Source of the DNA: Minisyncoccota bacterium
GTDB taxonomy: Bacteria > Patescibacteriota > Minisyncoccia > 2-02-FULL-40-12 > IGHO2-01-FULL-4-A
Length of the DNA: 64,000 bases
Reading direction: 5' to 3'
NCBI GenBank assembly: GCA_040881175.1
Contig: JBBEDS010000014.1
Span: 23,174 to 87,173 of the forward strand
Of the stretch, positions 9,579 to 19,940 are shown one piece after another; position 1 is the stretch's first letter; every line of letters starts with the position of its first letter. The translations under genes and the position numbers were made by a program. The notes below the pieces were generated by a model. That model was not told where the DNA came from. It worked only from the letters and a program-made list of their open reading frames with translations, and did no database searches.

Positions 9579-11560
9579 TGGACATCAAAAACGACTCACA
9601 AATTTTTGAAGGATTAAATGAGAAACAAGCTGAAGCGGTGCGGGCCACAGAAGGCCCCGTTTTAATATTGGCCGGAGCCGGTTCCGGTAAAACTAAAGCC
9701 CTGACACACAGAATAGCGTACCTAATATCTTCCGGGGTAAAGCCTGAGAATATCCTAGCGGTAACTTTTACCAATAAAGCTGCCGGTGAAGTTAAAGAGA
9801 GGGTTGCTAACATCCTCAAAACAACTAAGAAAGAGCTGGATGCCCGCTTGCCATATATGGGGACCTTCCACTCAATATGTCTGAAGATCCTCCGACATGA
9901 GATAGAGCAGCTCGACTATGGAAAGAACTTTTTAATATATGACGAAAGTGATCAGCTAACGTTAGTCAAATCAGTAATGCGAGACTTGGAACTGGATATT
10001 AAGAAATATAACCCCAGGGGGATACTAAACAGAATATCCAAGCTTAAAAGCGAGTTGATTGATCATGAGATGTTTGAGAAAAGCGCCAAGGAATATATGG
10101 AAAAGGTTGCCTCAAAGATATACACCGTCTACCAAACAACCCTGAAGAAAAATAACGCTCTGGATTTTGACGACCTAATAATGCTGAGCGTCGTCCTGTT
10201 CAGAGAATATCCTGTCACCCTGTCAAAATACCAAAATGCTTTTCAATATATTCTCGTCGATGAGTACCAAGACACTAATCCTGCGCAATACGCCTGGGTA
10301 AATCTTCTTGCAGAAAAGCACAGAAACCTCTTTGTCATTGGCGATGACTATCAAAGCATCTACCGCTGGCGCCAAGCTGATATTCGAAACATCCTAGATT
10401 TTGAGAAAGACTACCCGGAAGTAAAGACAATATTCCTTGAGCAAAACTACCGTTCAACCAAAAATATTCTTGCCGCAGCCAATAATGTAATCCTGAATAA
10501 CAAAGACCAGAAACATAAAAAGCTATGGACCGATAACCAGGAGGGAGAAAAAGTAATTCTAAAAGAATTGCCCAGCGAGAAATTTGAAGGTTTGTATATA
10601 GTAAAATCCATACTCAAGAATACTGATCAGGGCAAAAGTCTAGATGATTTTACAGTGCTCTATCGGACACATGCTCAATCGAGGTCAGTAGAGGAAGCCC
10701 TGCTAAGAGTCGGGCTTCCGTATCGAATAATCGGTGGGGTCAAATTCTATCAGAGGAGGGAAATCAAAGACATCCTTGCATACTTACGACTAGCTCTTAA
10801 TCCTCATGATGACGTCAGTTTTGAACGCATATACAATGTTCCGATTAGGGGCATAGGGCTTACATCATTTGAGAAACTGAGAACTATAGCCAGTCAAAGC
10901 TCAAGCCTCTCTGATGCCGCTAGGATCAGCAACGAGGGCGTACTAGGCAAAAAACAAGTATCCGCATTTCAGGGATTGGCAGCAATAATAACCGACTTGG
11001 AAAAAAAGTCTTTCGATCTGAGTCCTTCGGAATTAATTAAGCGCTTACTTAAAAGAACCAACTATGAATCGTATATAAACGATAAAAGTCCTGAAGGGGA
11101 AGAGCGCTGGGAGAACGTGAAAGAGATCCTTACTGCTACACAAAAGTATGAGAAGGTTCCGCCTAGGGAGGGTCTGGAAAAATTTCTAGAAGAGGTAGCG
11201 TTGATTCAGGAAACCGACAAGCTAACAAAGAAAGAAAAAGCCGTGAATCTAATGACAATGCATTCAGCGAAAGGCCTAGAGTTCCCAGTAGTATTCCTCA
11301 TCGGAATGGAGGATGGCATTTTTCCCCATTCTCGTTCCTTCTTCGATCCACATGAGCTAGAAGAAGAGCGGCGTCTTTGCTATGTCGGAATTACCCGAGC
11401 CAAGGAGCAGATCCATCTGACATACTGCAGGCAGAGAAATCTGTATGGTTCTGGCCAAAACAACCCGCCATCAAGATTTCTATTCGAAATACCAGAGAAC
11501 TTGGTTAACTTTTCCCCCTTAACGGATAATTCTGACTTTGATGAATTCATTGAATACTAG
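9578..11560 (+). CDS. pcrA: ATP-dependent DNA helicase PcrA/UvrD
   Basis: AGAGSGKT, VDEYQDTN, GDDYQSIY, EEERRLCYVGITRA. Confidence 0.95.
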   Translation: MDIKNDSQIFEGLNEKQAEAVRATEGPVLILAGAGSGKTKALTHRIAYLISSGVKPENILAVTFTNKAAGEVKERVANILKTTKKELDARLPYMGTFHSICLKILRHEIEQLDYGKNFLIYDESDQLTLVKSVMRDLELDIKKYNPRGILNRISKLKSELIDHEMFEKSAKEYMEKVASKIYTVYQTTLKKNNALDFDDLIMLSVVLFREYPVTLSKYQNAFQYILVDEYQDTNPAQYAWVNLLAEKHRNLFVIGDDYQSIYRWRQADIRNILDFEKDYPEVKTIFLEQNYRSTKNILAAANNVILNNKDQKHKKLWTDNQEGEKVILKELPSEKFEGLYIVKSILKNTDQGKSLDDFTVLYRTHAQSRSVEEALLRVGLPYRIIGGVKFYQRREIKDILAYLRLALNPHDDVSFERIYNVPIRGIGLTSFEKLRTIASQSSSLSDAARISNEGVLGKKQVSAFQGLAAIITDLEKKSFDLSPSELIKRLLKRTNYESYINDKSPEGEERWENVKEILTATQKYEKVPPREGLEKFLEEVALIQETDKLTKKEKAVNLMTMHSAKGLEFPVVFLIGMEDGIFPHSRSFFDPHELEEERRLCYVGITRAKEQIHLTYCRQRNLYGSGQNNPPSRFLFEIPENLVNFSPLTDNSDFDEFIEY

Positions 11561-12383
11561 AATAAAGAGAGAGCTCAAGGAAGCTGGCGTACGGCCTAAC
11601 AAACTACTCGGGCAGCACTTCCTAACCAGCATGTCCATCTATGAAAAAATCGTGGCTGCTCTTGATATACAGGGGGGTGATAAAATCATAGAAGTCGGAC
11701 CGGGCATTGGTATTCTAACAGAGCTAATCGCCAAACAAGGAGCAGATCTTTTTGCCGTGGAAAAAGATAAAGATTTCATACCGTTTCTAAAACATAAGTT
11801 TAAAAACCAAGAAAATGTTAAAATACTGGAAGGAGATATCTTAAAATTTGATCCGGAGAAATACGGGTTTAAAAAGGGTGCCTATAAAATTGTAGGGAAT
11901 ATACCATACTACCTAACATCAAGACTCTTCCGTATTACTCTTGAAGATTGGCCTCAAGCTAATCTGTCCGTGTTCATGATTCAGAAAGAGGTAGCCCAGA
12001 GGATAGTTGCACAACCGCCTCACATGAGCCTGCTCGGAGTTTCAGTGCAATACTTTGCAAAACCGAAGGTAGTAAGCCGTGTTTCAAAGTTGAGCTTTCA
12101 TCCTGTTCCTAAAGTAGATTCAGCTATAGTCAGGCTTACGCCAAATGATGAACCCCATCAGAAAGAATATGATGAAAAGTTTTTCAAAGTTCTCAAAGTC
12201 GGCTTCGCAGGCAAAAGAAAACAGCTGATCAATAATCTTCACTCCGGATTAAAAGAAGACAAACAGGAAATAGAAAAAAAATTAAATTCTATAGGAATTA
12301 ATTCCCAAAGAAGAGCAGAAACTCTAACCATTGAGGAATGGCAAAAAATTACTGAGTTATTCAACAGCACTGGTTCCCTTTAG
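11538..12383 (+). CDS. rsmA: 16S rRNA dimethyladenosine transferase
   Basis: LGQHFL, EVGPGIG, GNIPYY, QKEVA, RAETLT. Confidence 0.95.
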   Translation: MMNSLNTRIKRELKEAGVRPNKLLGQHFLTSMSIYEKIVAALDIQGGDKIIEVGPGIGILTELIAKQGADLFAVEKDKDFIPFLKHKFKNQENVKILEGDILKFDPEKYGFKKGAYKIVGNIPYYLTSRLFRITLEDWPQANLSVFMIQKEVAQRIVAQPPHMSLLGVSVQYFAKPKVVSRVSKLSFHPVPKVDSAIVRLTPNDEPHQKEYDEKFFKVLKVGFAGKRKQLINNLHSGLKEDKQEIEKKLNSIGINSQRRAETLTIEEWQKITELFNSTGSL

Positions 12384-12413
12384 GTTCGGTTTATAATATA
12401 CTTATACTACAAA

Positions 12414-12766
12414 ATGAAGCATTTCTATAAGATACTCCTTATATTATTAGTTTCCATATTGATATTGTCCGTACCGCAGGCAGTCTTAGCTGGTTTTAGT
12501 GTTGGTCTTCCATTCGGTGGTATGATACTTTTTGCCATTCCTTGCACATGTAACGCCTCGACTCTCCTAATTGTTGGACCACCAGTGCCAGGTGCTTACA
12601 TGCTCACACCGGCAACTATTATATTATGTATGCGAACTTTAAACCCCTTCCAGGCAGTTGGGTACTAGGCACAGCAGACATACCTATACCCTGCCTGGTA
12701 GGTGTGCCACCAGCCTGTCTTCCTGCCGGTGGTGGGCCAGCTATTAGAATGCTGGGGACCAGTTAA
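12414..12766 (+). pseudogene. small secreted Cys/Pro/Gly-rich protein with apparent 1-nt deletion near 12624
   Basis: Frame 1: signal peptide...PFGG...PCTCN...VGPP; shifted frame continues MYANFKPLPGSWVLGT...PC...C...GTS* to TAA 12764-12766; span 353 nt. Confidence 0.65.
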
Positions 12767-12908
12767 ACTTAAGTAGAATAAGGCAAAAATCCACCTTAGC
12801 GTCGCAAAGAGTTATTAACAGAACCACTAACCACAGATAATCAACAATTGTGGTATGATTAGTATAGGAATATGTTAGTTTGTTATTAAGTATTGTCGTA
12901 TCAATAAT

Positions 12909-13850
12909 ATGAATACAAAACTTAAAATAACCCTTGGAGTGCTGCTGCTAGCAGCTGGATTTATGGTAACTCGAGTTGGCTTGTTTTTAAATAATAGCAC
13001 CAAGAACGCAAGCCTAAGTTTACAAGGGCAAAACGTATTGTCGGCAACGGACGAGAATCCATTCTTCATTGACACCGATGGCGATGGTATTCCTGACTAT
13101 GACGAACCGTATTACCGAACAGACCCATCTAACCCCGACACCGATGGTGATGGTTATCTTGACGGCGAAGAAGTCGCATCTGAATGTAGCCCAATAATCC
13201 CACGGCCAAATGACTGCCCCGACCCACACCTAATCGGGTTCAAGGGCAACCTAACAGATCAAGTATCTGACCTGCTAGTTGGTGGCTTATATTCCGGAGA
13301 CTTAAAGAACCCCGAAAGCAACAAGGACTTCACCAGTAGTATAGGCCTTGTTAGCAGTAAGGTCTTTTTAGATTTTGACAGTAGCTTCGCAGACCAGACT
13401 AGCATTGCCGATTTGAACATTTCTGAAAATAGTGACGTAGATGTTGTCGCTTCCTATATTGAAAATACGGTAAACATCCTAGAAAAAACCATACTTCGGC
13501 CCCAACAAGAACAAATCAATGAAATTAAAAAGGGCCTAAACTTTATGCTACTCTTTCCCGAAGAGGAGAATGAGGTGTTAATTAATCTCAGAGATACTTA
13601 CACAAAAACTCACCAAGACTTATTGGCCTTGAATGTACCTCCTGACTGGAAGTACTCTCACTCCAAGCTAGTCAACTCAATTAATAGGTTTGCTCTTATT
13701 TATAGCTACATCTCCAATCCCGAAATTGACCCTGTCGCCAGTATCTTATCCTTCGAGAAATTAATAGATGAATTTTATGCAGCTCAATCCATTTTAGACG
13801 AGCTGAGAGTCAAAGCAGATTCATATAACCAAACATCTTCTCAGCAATGA
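12909..13850 (+). CDS. membrane-anchored protein with Ca-binding DTDGDG (thrombospondin type-3-like) repeats
   Basis: N-terminal TM, DTDGDGIPD...DTDGDGYLDGEE. Confidence 0.8.
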   Translation: MNTKLKITLGVLLLAAGFMVTRVGLFLNNSTKNASLSLQGQNVLSATDENPFFIDTDGDGIPDYDEPYYRTDPSNPDTDGDGYLDGEEVASECSPIIPRPNDCPDPHLIGFKGNLTDQVSDLLVGGLYSGDLKNPESNKDFTSSIGLVSSKVFLDFDSSFADQTSIADLNISENSDVDVVASYIENTVNILEKTILRPQQEQINEIKKGLNFMLLFPEEENEVLINLRDTYTKTHQDLLALNVPPDWKYSHSKLVNSINRFALIYSYISNPEIDPVASILSFEKLIDEFYAAQSILDELRVKADSYNQTSSQQ

Positions 13851-15142
13851 AGAACCAAATTAAGGTAATCGTCTTGTGTGCTTTAGTGATTGCGTCTGGA
13901 TTTGCCGTACACCTTAGACTACGAGAGGCCAAGGCTTTTACAAGCTTTGGCACAGCCCTCATACCAGCAGTACCAGTAAGTGTAGTCGCAGACGTGCCTT
14001 TTAGTGTGAAGGAGCAAATAGAAGACGTGCTTGTGAGAAAATTGGCCCAGAAAGCTCAGTCAAAACTACAAGACGGGGTTCTGTCTAAAATTCAAACGGC
14101 TGGCAGACTCGGAGGACCGGCATTCATAGGCAACTGGCAAAGCTTCCTGCAAGACGCCCAATATATAGGAGAGGGTACATTCCAATCAATGCTAAGCGAT
14201 GCAATCTCTAAAAACGAGGTATGCGACTACCTGAAGGGACCACTAAGCCTAATATTCAAACCGCCCTCACGTCCGGCAGCAGGTATCAGCTCAGGTCTTA
14301 ACCGCATCTACGATCTCCAGCCCTACGGCTCCAAGGTTCGTTGTAGTAATTTAGTCAAATCTTTGGATTTGAATACGTTTAGAGAAGACTTTACTCAAGG
14401 CGGCTGGGGAGCTTGGGATGAATTAATTAAACCGCAAAATAACTTTCTGGGTACTTATAACACAAGCCTAACAGAATTAATAAAACGTCGTTCTTTCTCA
14501 GAAACCGCCGATGCAAAAGAAGGTACGTCCGGGAGTGGTTTTACGTCTAAACGTGATTGTACGGGACAAACCACTCTTACCTGTATCGTGTTAGGACAAA
14601 TCCAGACACCAGGTAAAATACTTGAAGACACGGTGCAAAGGTCAATCGATGAAGACTTCTCCTGGATTACAAGTGCAGATGAATTCTCAGAGCTATTACT
14701 TGCTATAGGCGACTCTCTGTTCAATGCGGTTATTTCAAAGATAGACAACCTCGGAGGCGGAGGTGGAGGTTTTTCCGGCGGAGGGGGAGGTGGAGGAGGT
14801 CAGCCAGCGAACGGAAGCGGAGAAGAGCCAGCAGCTTTAGACGCATCTTGTCTCTCAGAGTGTATGAAGAATACTGATTCAGTTTGCTCTGAAGCAACTC
14901 CGGCCTGTATCGATATAGCCGGTCCGAATGGTACTCCAGATGGTACAATCGATTTTATAGATCGCATAGTGGCTGGCTTGGGAGGGAACACTCAAAATCT
15001 TGACATTGCAACTATTCTAAATTTAGATCCCACATCTTTTTCATCAGCGTGTCGTTTGCCTGGTGATCCTGACAGTCCTGAATTACTACAGTGCAGGTCT
15101 AATGTGGCATCAGAGTGTACCAACATATGTACGCCTAAATAA
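13847..15142 (+). CDS. secreted protein of the T4SS-like cluster, Gly linker and Cys-rich C-terminus
   Basis: Signal peptide ending AKA, poly-Gly, multiple Cys, ATGA overlap with upstream gene. Confidence 0.7.
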   Translation: MKNQIKVIVLCALVIASGFAVHLRLREAKAFTSFGTALIPAVPVSVVADVPFSVKEQIEDVLVRKLAQKAQSKLQDGVLSKIQTAGRLGGPAFIGNWQSFLQDAQYIGEGTFQSMLSDAISKNEVCDYLKGPLSLIFKPPSRPAAGISSGLNRIYDLQPYGSKVRCSNLVKSLDLNTFREDFTQGGWGAWDELIKPQNNFLGTYNTSLTELIKRRSFSETADAKEGTSGSGFTSKRDCTGQTTLTCIVLGQIQTPGKILEDTVQRSIDEDFSWITSADEFSELLLAIGDSLFNAVISKIDNLGGGGGGFSGGGGGGGGQPANGSGEEPAALDASCLSECMKNTDSVCSEATPACIDIAGPNGTPDGTIDFIDRIVAGLGGNTQNLDIATILNLDPTSFSSACRLPGDPDSPELLQCRSNVASECTNICTPK

Positions 15143-15181
15143 CCCAGCCCTTGCTAAGCCAACAGTTCTGATCTGCTCCTA

Positions 15182-17509
15182 ATGTCAAAAACAAACCTAA
15201 GAAAAAACGTGCTTAAAATAGTCCTCATATCGCTGGTTTTATTTGCATTTTTTGTTCCCCAGCATACAAATGCCGATCTGATAGATATCTCGTCTTCCGT
15301 TTTCGATACAGGTGTGGCCTGGGCAAATGCCAGAGTACTGGAAGGCATGGGAAATATAATATCCTGGTCGGCATTGATGTTAGAACAGTTTATCAAACCG
15401 GATGTTCAAGAGTACATACTCAACTATAGCGTTGTCGAAGAAAGCTGGACGATAATCAGAAACTTCGTGAATATGTTCTTCATTCTGTTTTTAATCATTA
15501 TCGCCTTCGGTACTATCTTTGGTATTGAAAAATATTATTGGCGCAATACGATCATGCCGTTTCTAGCAGCGGCACTGCTAGTTAACTTTAGCTTAGCCAT
15601 AGGCAAGTTCGTTATCCAAATAGGTAACAGTCTCGCAGCAATGGTGCTTGTATGGATACAGCAGTCCGGAGCTAACATATCAACTAACCTGGGAAGTGGC
15701 CTGGGTCTGGGTTCTTATTTTAAAGATCCGGGAATTGGCGCCCTAGCATCTATTGCAGGCGGAGGCGCCCAGACTCTTGTAACTCTGGTCTTTTCGGCTG
15801 TATTCTTAACGATAACCCTATTCGCGCTTCTATCTGCACTAATATTCGCAATTGCCAGAATTCCTGTGTTGTGGGCAATTCTGATTTTATCTCCTATAGC
15901 CTTCGTCAGCTATGCACTACCGAGTCTACAGCATATCTGGAAAAAATGGTGGAGCTACTTAATAAGTTGGTCTTTTTTCTTGCCTACTTATTTATTTTTT
16001 CTGATGTTCTCCATATTCTTCATAAGCCAGAAGGGGAAGGTAGGTACCCCACAACCCACAGGAATAGCAGAGGCACTTGTCGGTCCAGGGTCAGCAGTAG
16101 GAGATCTGTTGTTTTTCATCCTCACCATATTATTCTTAGTGGGCGGTCTTCTCGCATCTTTCAAGGTTGGCTCTCTTGCTGGTAGTGGGGTGAACAAAAC
16201 ATTCAGTGCGATTCAGGGAGGTATTAAGAGGGGTACCAGAAGAATCACGGGTTATGACACTGCCGCAGCCGGAGTTAGAGAAGGCCTGCAAGGCAGGATA
16301 GACGAGATTAGCGAGAAAGGACTCGCTGGCATCGGCGGTGCCCAACGAGCCAGGATTAGCCAGGCTAAATGGGCCGAGAGTTTCGGCTTTGGAACAAAGA
16401 GGGGGGCGGCAGATGAAGCCCGCCAGAAAGAAATAGAGAAAGAATTCTCAAAACTCAAGACCCTAAACCTAGACAAAACTGGCTTGGAGCAGAGACTTTC
16501 AAGCACTAAGGGTATAGATAAGATGGCTGCCTTGAGGTTAAAGGCCGAACAAGGATGGCTTAATACAAAGGATCTTGATCAAATAAAGGAAGCCATACAG
16601 AGTTTGGGTGGAGGTAAGACTATAGCTGGTGTTTCATTCATTAACTCTCTGAAGAAGGGTGGCTTCAAAGATATTACAAAAAGCACCGTTGAAAAAGAGG
16701 CCCTCTTTAATAGTCTCTCTGGCCCTGAATTCATAGAGCTACAGAAAGCTCTTGGATCGGATATGGCAAAGAAGAAGGAGATTATTAAACCAGAGATGGC
16801 CAAGAAAGTTATTGGCTTGTATGAAAATGACTCAGCAGAGGCCAAGAAAGAAATCATGGATGCTATTAAAAATAATCTCGGCAATATATATGCGGATAAA
16901 GGCGCTCGTGAGAAGTTTCTTGTAGACACAACCGACGCGAGCAATACTGAGTTGCGAAGGTTGTTAGCAGAAAAAATGGTTGAAGACGACGAGATTGACA
17001 GCTATAAGAAATACCATGCTGCTCAAGAACTATTCAGCGGAGATCCACAAAAGATAACAGATATGCGCAATAAGATAGCGAAAGAAAACCCTATAGTTGC
17101 GGCTGAAGTCGAGACTAGATCTAACATGAGCGCTACAAAGCCAGGAATAATTAACCCAGACTACGTGCTTGAGGAGGCTGATCAAAAGGCAATAGCTGAC
17201 ACAGATACAATAAAGAAAGCTGTGGGTAAGGCAAGTGCCAAACAGCTGGGCCAATCTAACAAAGACACCTGGAAAGAAGATTGGTTTAAGATAGCCCTCT
17301 GGAAAAAAGCTGATTCATTACAAAAAGTAGACCCACACAAATCGGCCGCAGGTAAGAGGAGGAGAATACCTGGAGGAGGAGAAAGATTCTTACAATCCCT
17401 TAAAAAGTCTGTCGGCGAAAACACAGATAAAATACCTGTGCTAAATGAGTTGCTCCAGTCTTTTGATGAATCGACAGGAGCTTTTAACCCCCTGCCACCA
17501 ACCCCTTAG
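15182..17509 (+). CDS. VirB6/TrbL-like polytopic membrane protein with long C-terminal extension
   Basis: WTIIRNFVNMFFI, ALLVNFSL, ILSPIAF...WKKWWSYL; many TMs; upstream of PrgI/VirB4. Confidence 0.75.
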   Translation: MSKTNLRKNVLKIVLISLVLFAFFVPQHTNADLIDISSSVFDTGVAWANARVLEGMGNIISWSALMLEQFIKPDVQEYILNYSVVEESWTIIRNFVNMFFILFLIIIAFGTIFGIEKYYWRNTIMPFLAAALLVNFSLAIGKFVIQIGNSLAAMVLVWIQQSGANISTNLGSGLGLGSYFKDPGIGALASIAGGGAQTLVTLVFSAVFLTITLFALLSALIFAIARIPVLWAILILSPIAFVSYALPSLQHIWKKWWSYLISWSFFLPTYLFFLMFSIFFISQKGKVGTPQPTGIAEALVGPGSAVGDLLFFILTILFLVGGLLASFKVGSLAGSGVNKTFSAIQGGIKRGTRRITGYDTAAAGVREGLQGRIDEISEKGLAGIGGAQRARISQAKWAESFGFGTKRGAADEARQKEIEKEFSKLKTLNLDKTGLEQRLSSTKGIDKMAALRLKAEQGWLNTKDLDQIKEAIQSLGGGKTIAGVSFINSLKKGGFKDITKSTVEKEALFNSLSGPEFIELQKALGSDMAKKKEIIKPEMAKKVIGLYENDSAEAKKEIMDAIKNNLGNIYADKGAREKFLVDTTDASNTELRRLLAEKMVEDDEIDSYKKYHAAQELFSGDPQKITDMRNKIAKENPIVAAEVETRSNMSATKPGIINPDYVLEEADQKAIADTDTIKKAVGKASAKQLGQSNKDTWKEDWFKIALWKKADSLQKVDPHKSAAGKRRRIPGGGERFLQSLKKSVGENTDKIPVLNELLQSFDESTGAFNPLPPTP

Positions 17510-17530
17510 CTAGGGCCAAAAAACACAAGT

Positions 17531-18028
17531 ATGTCAAATGAAATAAATAAAATTTACGACCCAGTCGAGATAGACGCTGACTTCTTCGCCGAGAATGAAG
17601 ATGAACAAGAAAGATTCTACTCAATTGTTAAAACATTGCCCGATCTGGTATTGGATGTGCTATTTGGCCTAGACACCCCCAAGATACTAGAGGGCATAGC
17701 ACGAAACTTTGGACTACAACCTGAACAGTCAGCAATCTTATCAAGACTGGTTCGTAAGGTTCTAATCGGTGATTTTTATATAGGGGACTTTCCATCTAAG
17801 ATATCCTCCGGGCTTGACGTAGATCAAGATAAGGCACGGGAGATAGCAAAAGCCACTGCTTCTGACCTATTTATAGATGCGGTGGCAGATATCAAGCGCA
17901 TCCATTTGCAGAAGTTTCCCAATGCTTCCTTAGAAAAACAGCCAGAAGATACCAAGGGTCAGCAGCACGGAGTAAAAAATTTGTCAGAGACTGGCGGTAA
18001 TATCATTGACCTGCGGTCCAGAAACTGA
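17531..18028 (+). CDS. hypothetical protein
   Basis: 165-aa ORF in the operon, ends NIIDLR. Confidence 0.7.
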   Translation: MSNEINKIYDPVEIDADFFAENEDEQERFYSIVKTLPDLVLDVLFGLDTPKILEGIARNFGLQPEQSAILSRLVRKVLIGDFYIGDFPSKISSGLDVDQDKAREIAKATASDLFIDAVADIKRIHLQKFPNASLEKQPEDTKGQQHGVKNLSETGGNIIDLRSRN

Positions 18029-18059
18029 AACAAAAAGCCCCCCAATCAAGGCGGGCAAT

Positions 18060-18803
18060 TTAAGATTTGTATCCTATGCTGAATAGTCCGAAACTAATAA
18101 CATTTACAATTCTCTTTGCAGTATAGAGGTTTACTAGGAGTCTGGATGAGACCTTGACTATAAATTCCTCCCTGCTAAAATTTTCAAAAAGGTAATCTCG
18201 AAAGATTCTAGTTATCTCTCTTTTTTGTTCCGTAGAAAGTTTAAATTTACGACCCAGCTTTTCTTCTATGAATACCGCGGTTTCGAAACCCATCATAGCT
18301 GACTGCTTATGGGGCGGCAGTTTACCTACTTTTTCTACGTAACCTTGAATCCGTGTTATATCGTCCTTGCTCAGCCGCTTGAGTGCCTCCTTTAGTAGCT
18401 GAAGTGTCTTTTGAAACCCAGCGGCCAGAGAGTATCTCTTTGCCTCTGCGGCAGAGAGCATCGCCTTTTCAGTCATGGCAATTTGACTCCTAAGTTCCTC
18501 TTCTTTTCTAAGTTGCTCAGCGGTTTTACCATAAGAATCAATATTGTAGGGTGTGGCGTACTCACGGTCTTCACCGTCGTAGTTAGCAATGTCAAAAGCC
18601 TCGCACTCTTCATCTCCAGGCTCTTCTTTGTCTATTTGAGTCTCCTTAATCAGTTCCGCTAAATTTTTATTCCCTAGATGGTCTTGATAACCTCTATTTT
18701 GCTCCAAAGTTCTTCGACGACCATCATTACTTAACCAACTTTCGGTACCTTCTAAAAGTGGGCGGTACCCTTTGAGACCCTCCTCATAGGAATAGCTGGA
18801 CAT
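18060..18803 (-). CDS. hypothetical protein with UVR-like coiled segment (orphan cassette)
   Basis: 247 aa; MLSAAEAKRYSLAAGFQKTL resembles the UvrB/UvrC motif; own TTGACA-17-TACGAT promoter and terminator. Confidence 0.7.
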   Translation of the reverse strand: MSSYSYEEGLKGYRPLLEGTESWLSNDGRRRTLEQNRGYQDHLGNKNLAELIKETQIDKEEPGDEECEAFDIANYDGEDREYATPYNIDSYGKTAEQLRKEEELRSQIAMTEKAMLSAAEAKRYSLAAGFQKTLQLLKEALKRLSKDDITRIQGYVEKVGKLPPHKQSAMMGFETAVFIEEKLGRKFKLSTEQKREITRIFRDYLFENFSREEFIVKVSSRLLVNLYTAKRIVNVISFGLFSIGYKS

Positions 18804-18961
18804 TTGAAATTCCTCTTCTCTATTTAAAGGTTCTTAGCATGTTGCTAATTATCGTAACATAAAAGGTAGTGTTGTCAAGCGATAAGTCCTGTAAGTATCT
18901 GTGCTTTGTTTTTTCTATCAAAAACCTGATATAATTAACAGTATACGCTTTACATTAAAAA

Positions 18962-19306
18962 ATGCGCTTCCAAGTCCCACAATTTATAGAAACTGAGACC
19001 AAGATAGTAGGGCCATTTACGCTCAAGCAGTTTTTGTACTTAGCCTCTGGTGCAGCACTCATTTTTATACTTCAATATGCCGTCAGTTTTACTTTCTTGA
19101 TAATTCTCGGCCTACCTATAGCTATCCTAGCTCTTGCATTAGCGTTTTATAAAATTGATGGGATGCCTCTTCCGCAGTATATATTAATGGCATTTTCTTT
19201 CATGAGCGGTACTAAGAAATACGTTTTTAGTAAAAAACAGGATCAGCAATACATACAGAACCAGAATATTAAAAGCCTACAAGACCAGAACGACAATGGC
19301 AGCTAA
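18962..19306 (+). CDS. PrgI family (VirB3-like) membrane protein
   Basis: MRFQVPQFIETETKIVGPFTLKQF plus two TMs. Confidence 0.88.
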   Translation: MRFQVPQFIETETKIVGPFTLKQFLYLASGAALIFILQYAVSFTFLIILGLPIAILALALAFYKIDGMPLPQYILMAFSFMSGTKKYVFSKKQDQQYIQNQNIKSLQDQNDNGS

Positions 19307-19940
19307 AAAACAAGCGGCACAGCCGCAAACAACTAAAGACTTCGTCCAGATATCAGAAATTCGTGATAACATAGTAGTTCTTAAAGATGGCTCTCTGAGG
19401 TCTCTTATTGAAGTCGGGTCAATAAACTTTGAGTTAAAGTCTGCCGATGAGCAGGCGGCTATAATCCAAGGTTTTCAGGGATTTCTAAATTCGATAGATT
19501 TCCCTCTTCAAATCATGATCAACTCTAGGAAATTAGACATTGAACCATACGTAAAATCCCTTGAAGACTTGAGTCAGAGTCTTAAGAACGAGCTTCTGAA
19601 GATTCAGGCAGCTGAATATACTAGGTTCATAAAAGGCCTCACCGAACTGACTAATATCATGGCTAAGAAATTTTACATAATAGTTCCTTTCTATGTTATA
19701 GAAAATGCGGTCAAAACTCCTGGAGGATTCTTCGGAGCAATAAAGGGTGCCATAATCCCTTCGAAGGCTGAGAAAAAGATAACTGATGAAGAGTTGGAAA
19801 ACTACAAGGTGCAGCTCACCCAGAGGACAGATATAGTATATGGCGGCCTAAGCGGTCTTGGACTACAAATGAGAGTTTTATCAAAAAATGAACTTATGAA
19901 TATGTTTTATTCATATTATAACCCCGGTTCGCATCTATAA
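19296..19940 (+). CDS. TraC/VirB4 N-terminal-like protein
   Basis: SINFELKSADEQ...FLNSIDFPLQI, between PrgI and the VirB4 ATPase. Confidence 0.75.
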   Translation: MAAKKQAAQPQTTKDFVQISEIRDNIVVLKDGSLRSLIEVGSINFELKSADEQAAIIQGFQGFLNSIDFPLQIMINSRKLDIEPYVKSLEDLSQSLKNELLKIQAAEYTRFIKGLTELTNIMAKKFYIIVPFYVIENAVKTPGGFFGAIKGAIIPSKAEKKITDEELENYKVQLTQRTDIVYGGLSGLGLQMRVLSKNELMNMFYSYYNPGSHL

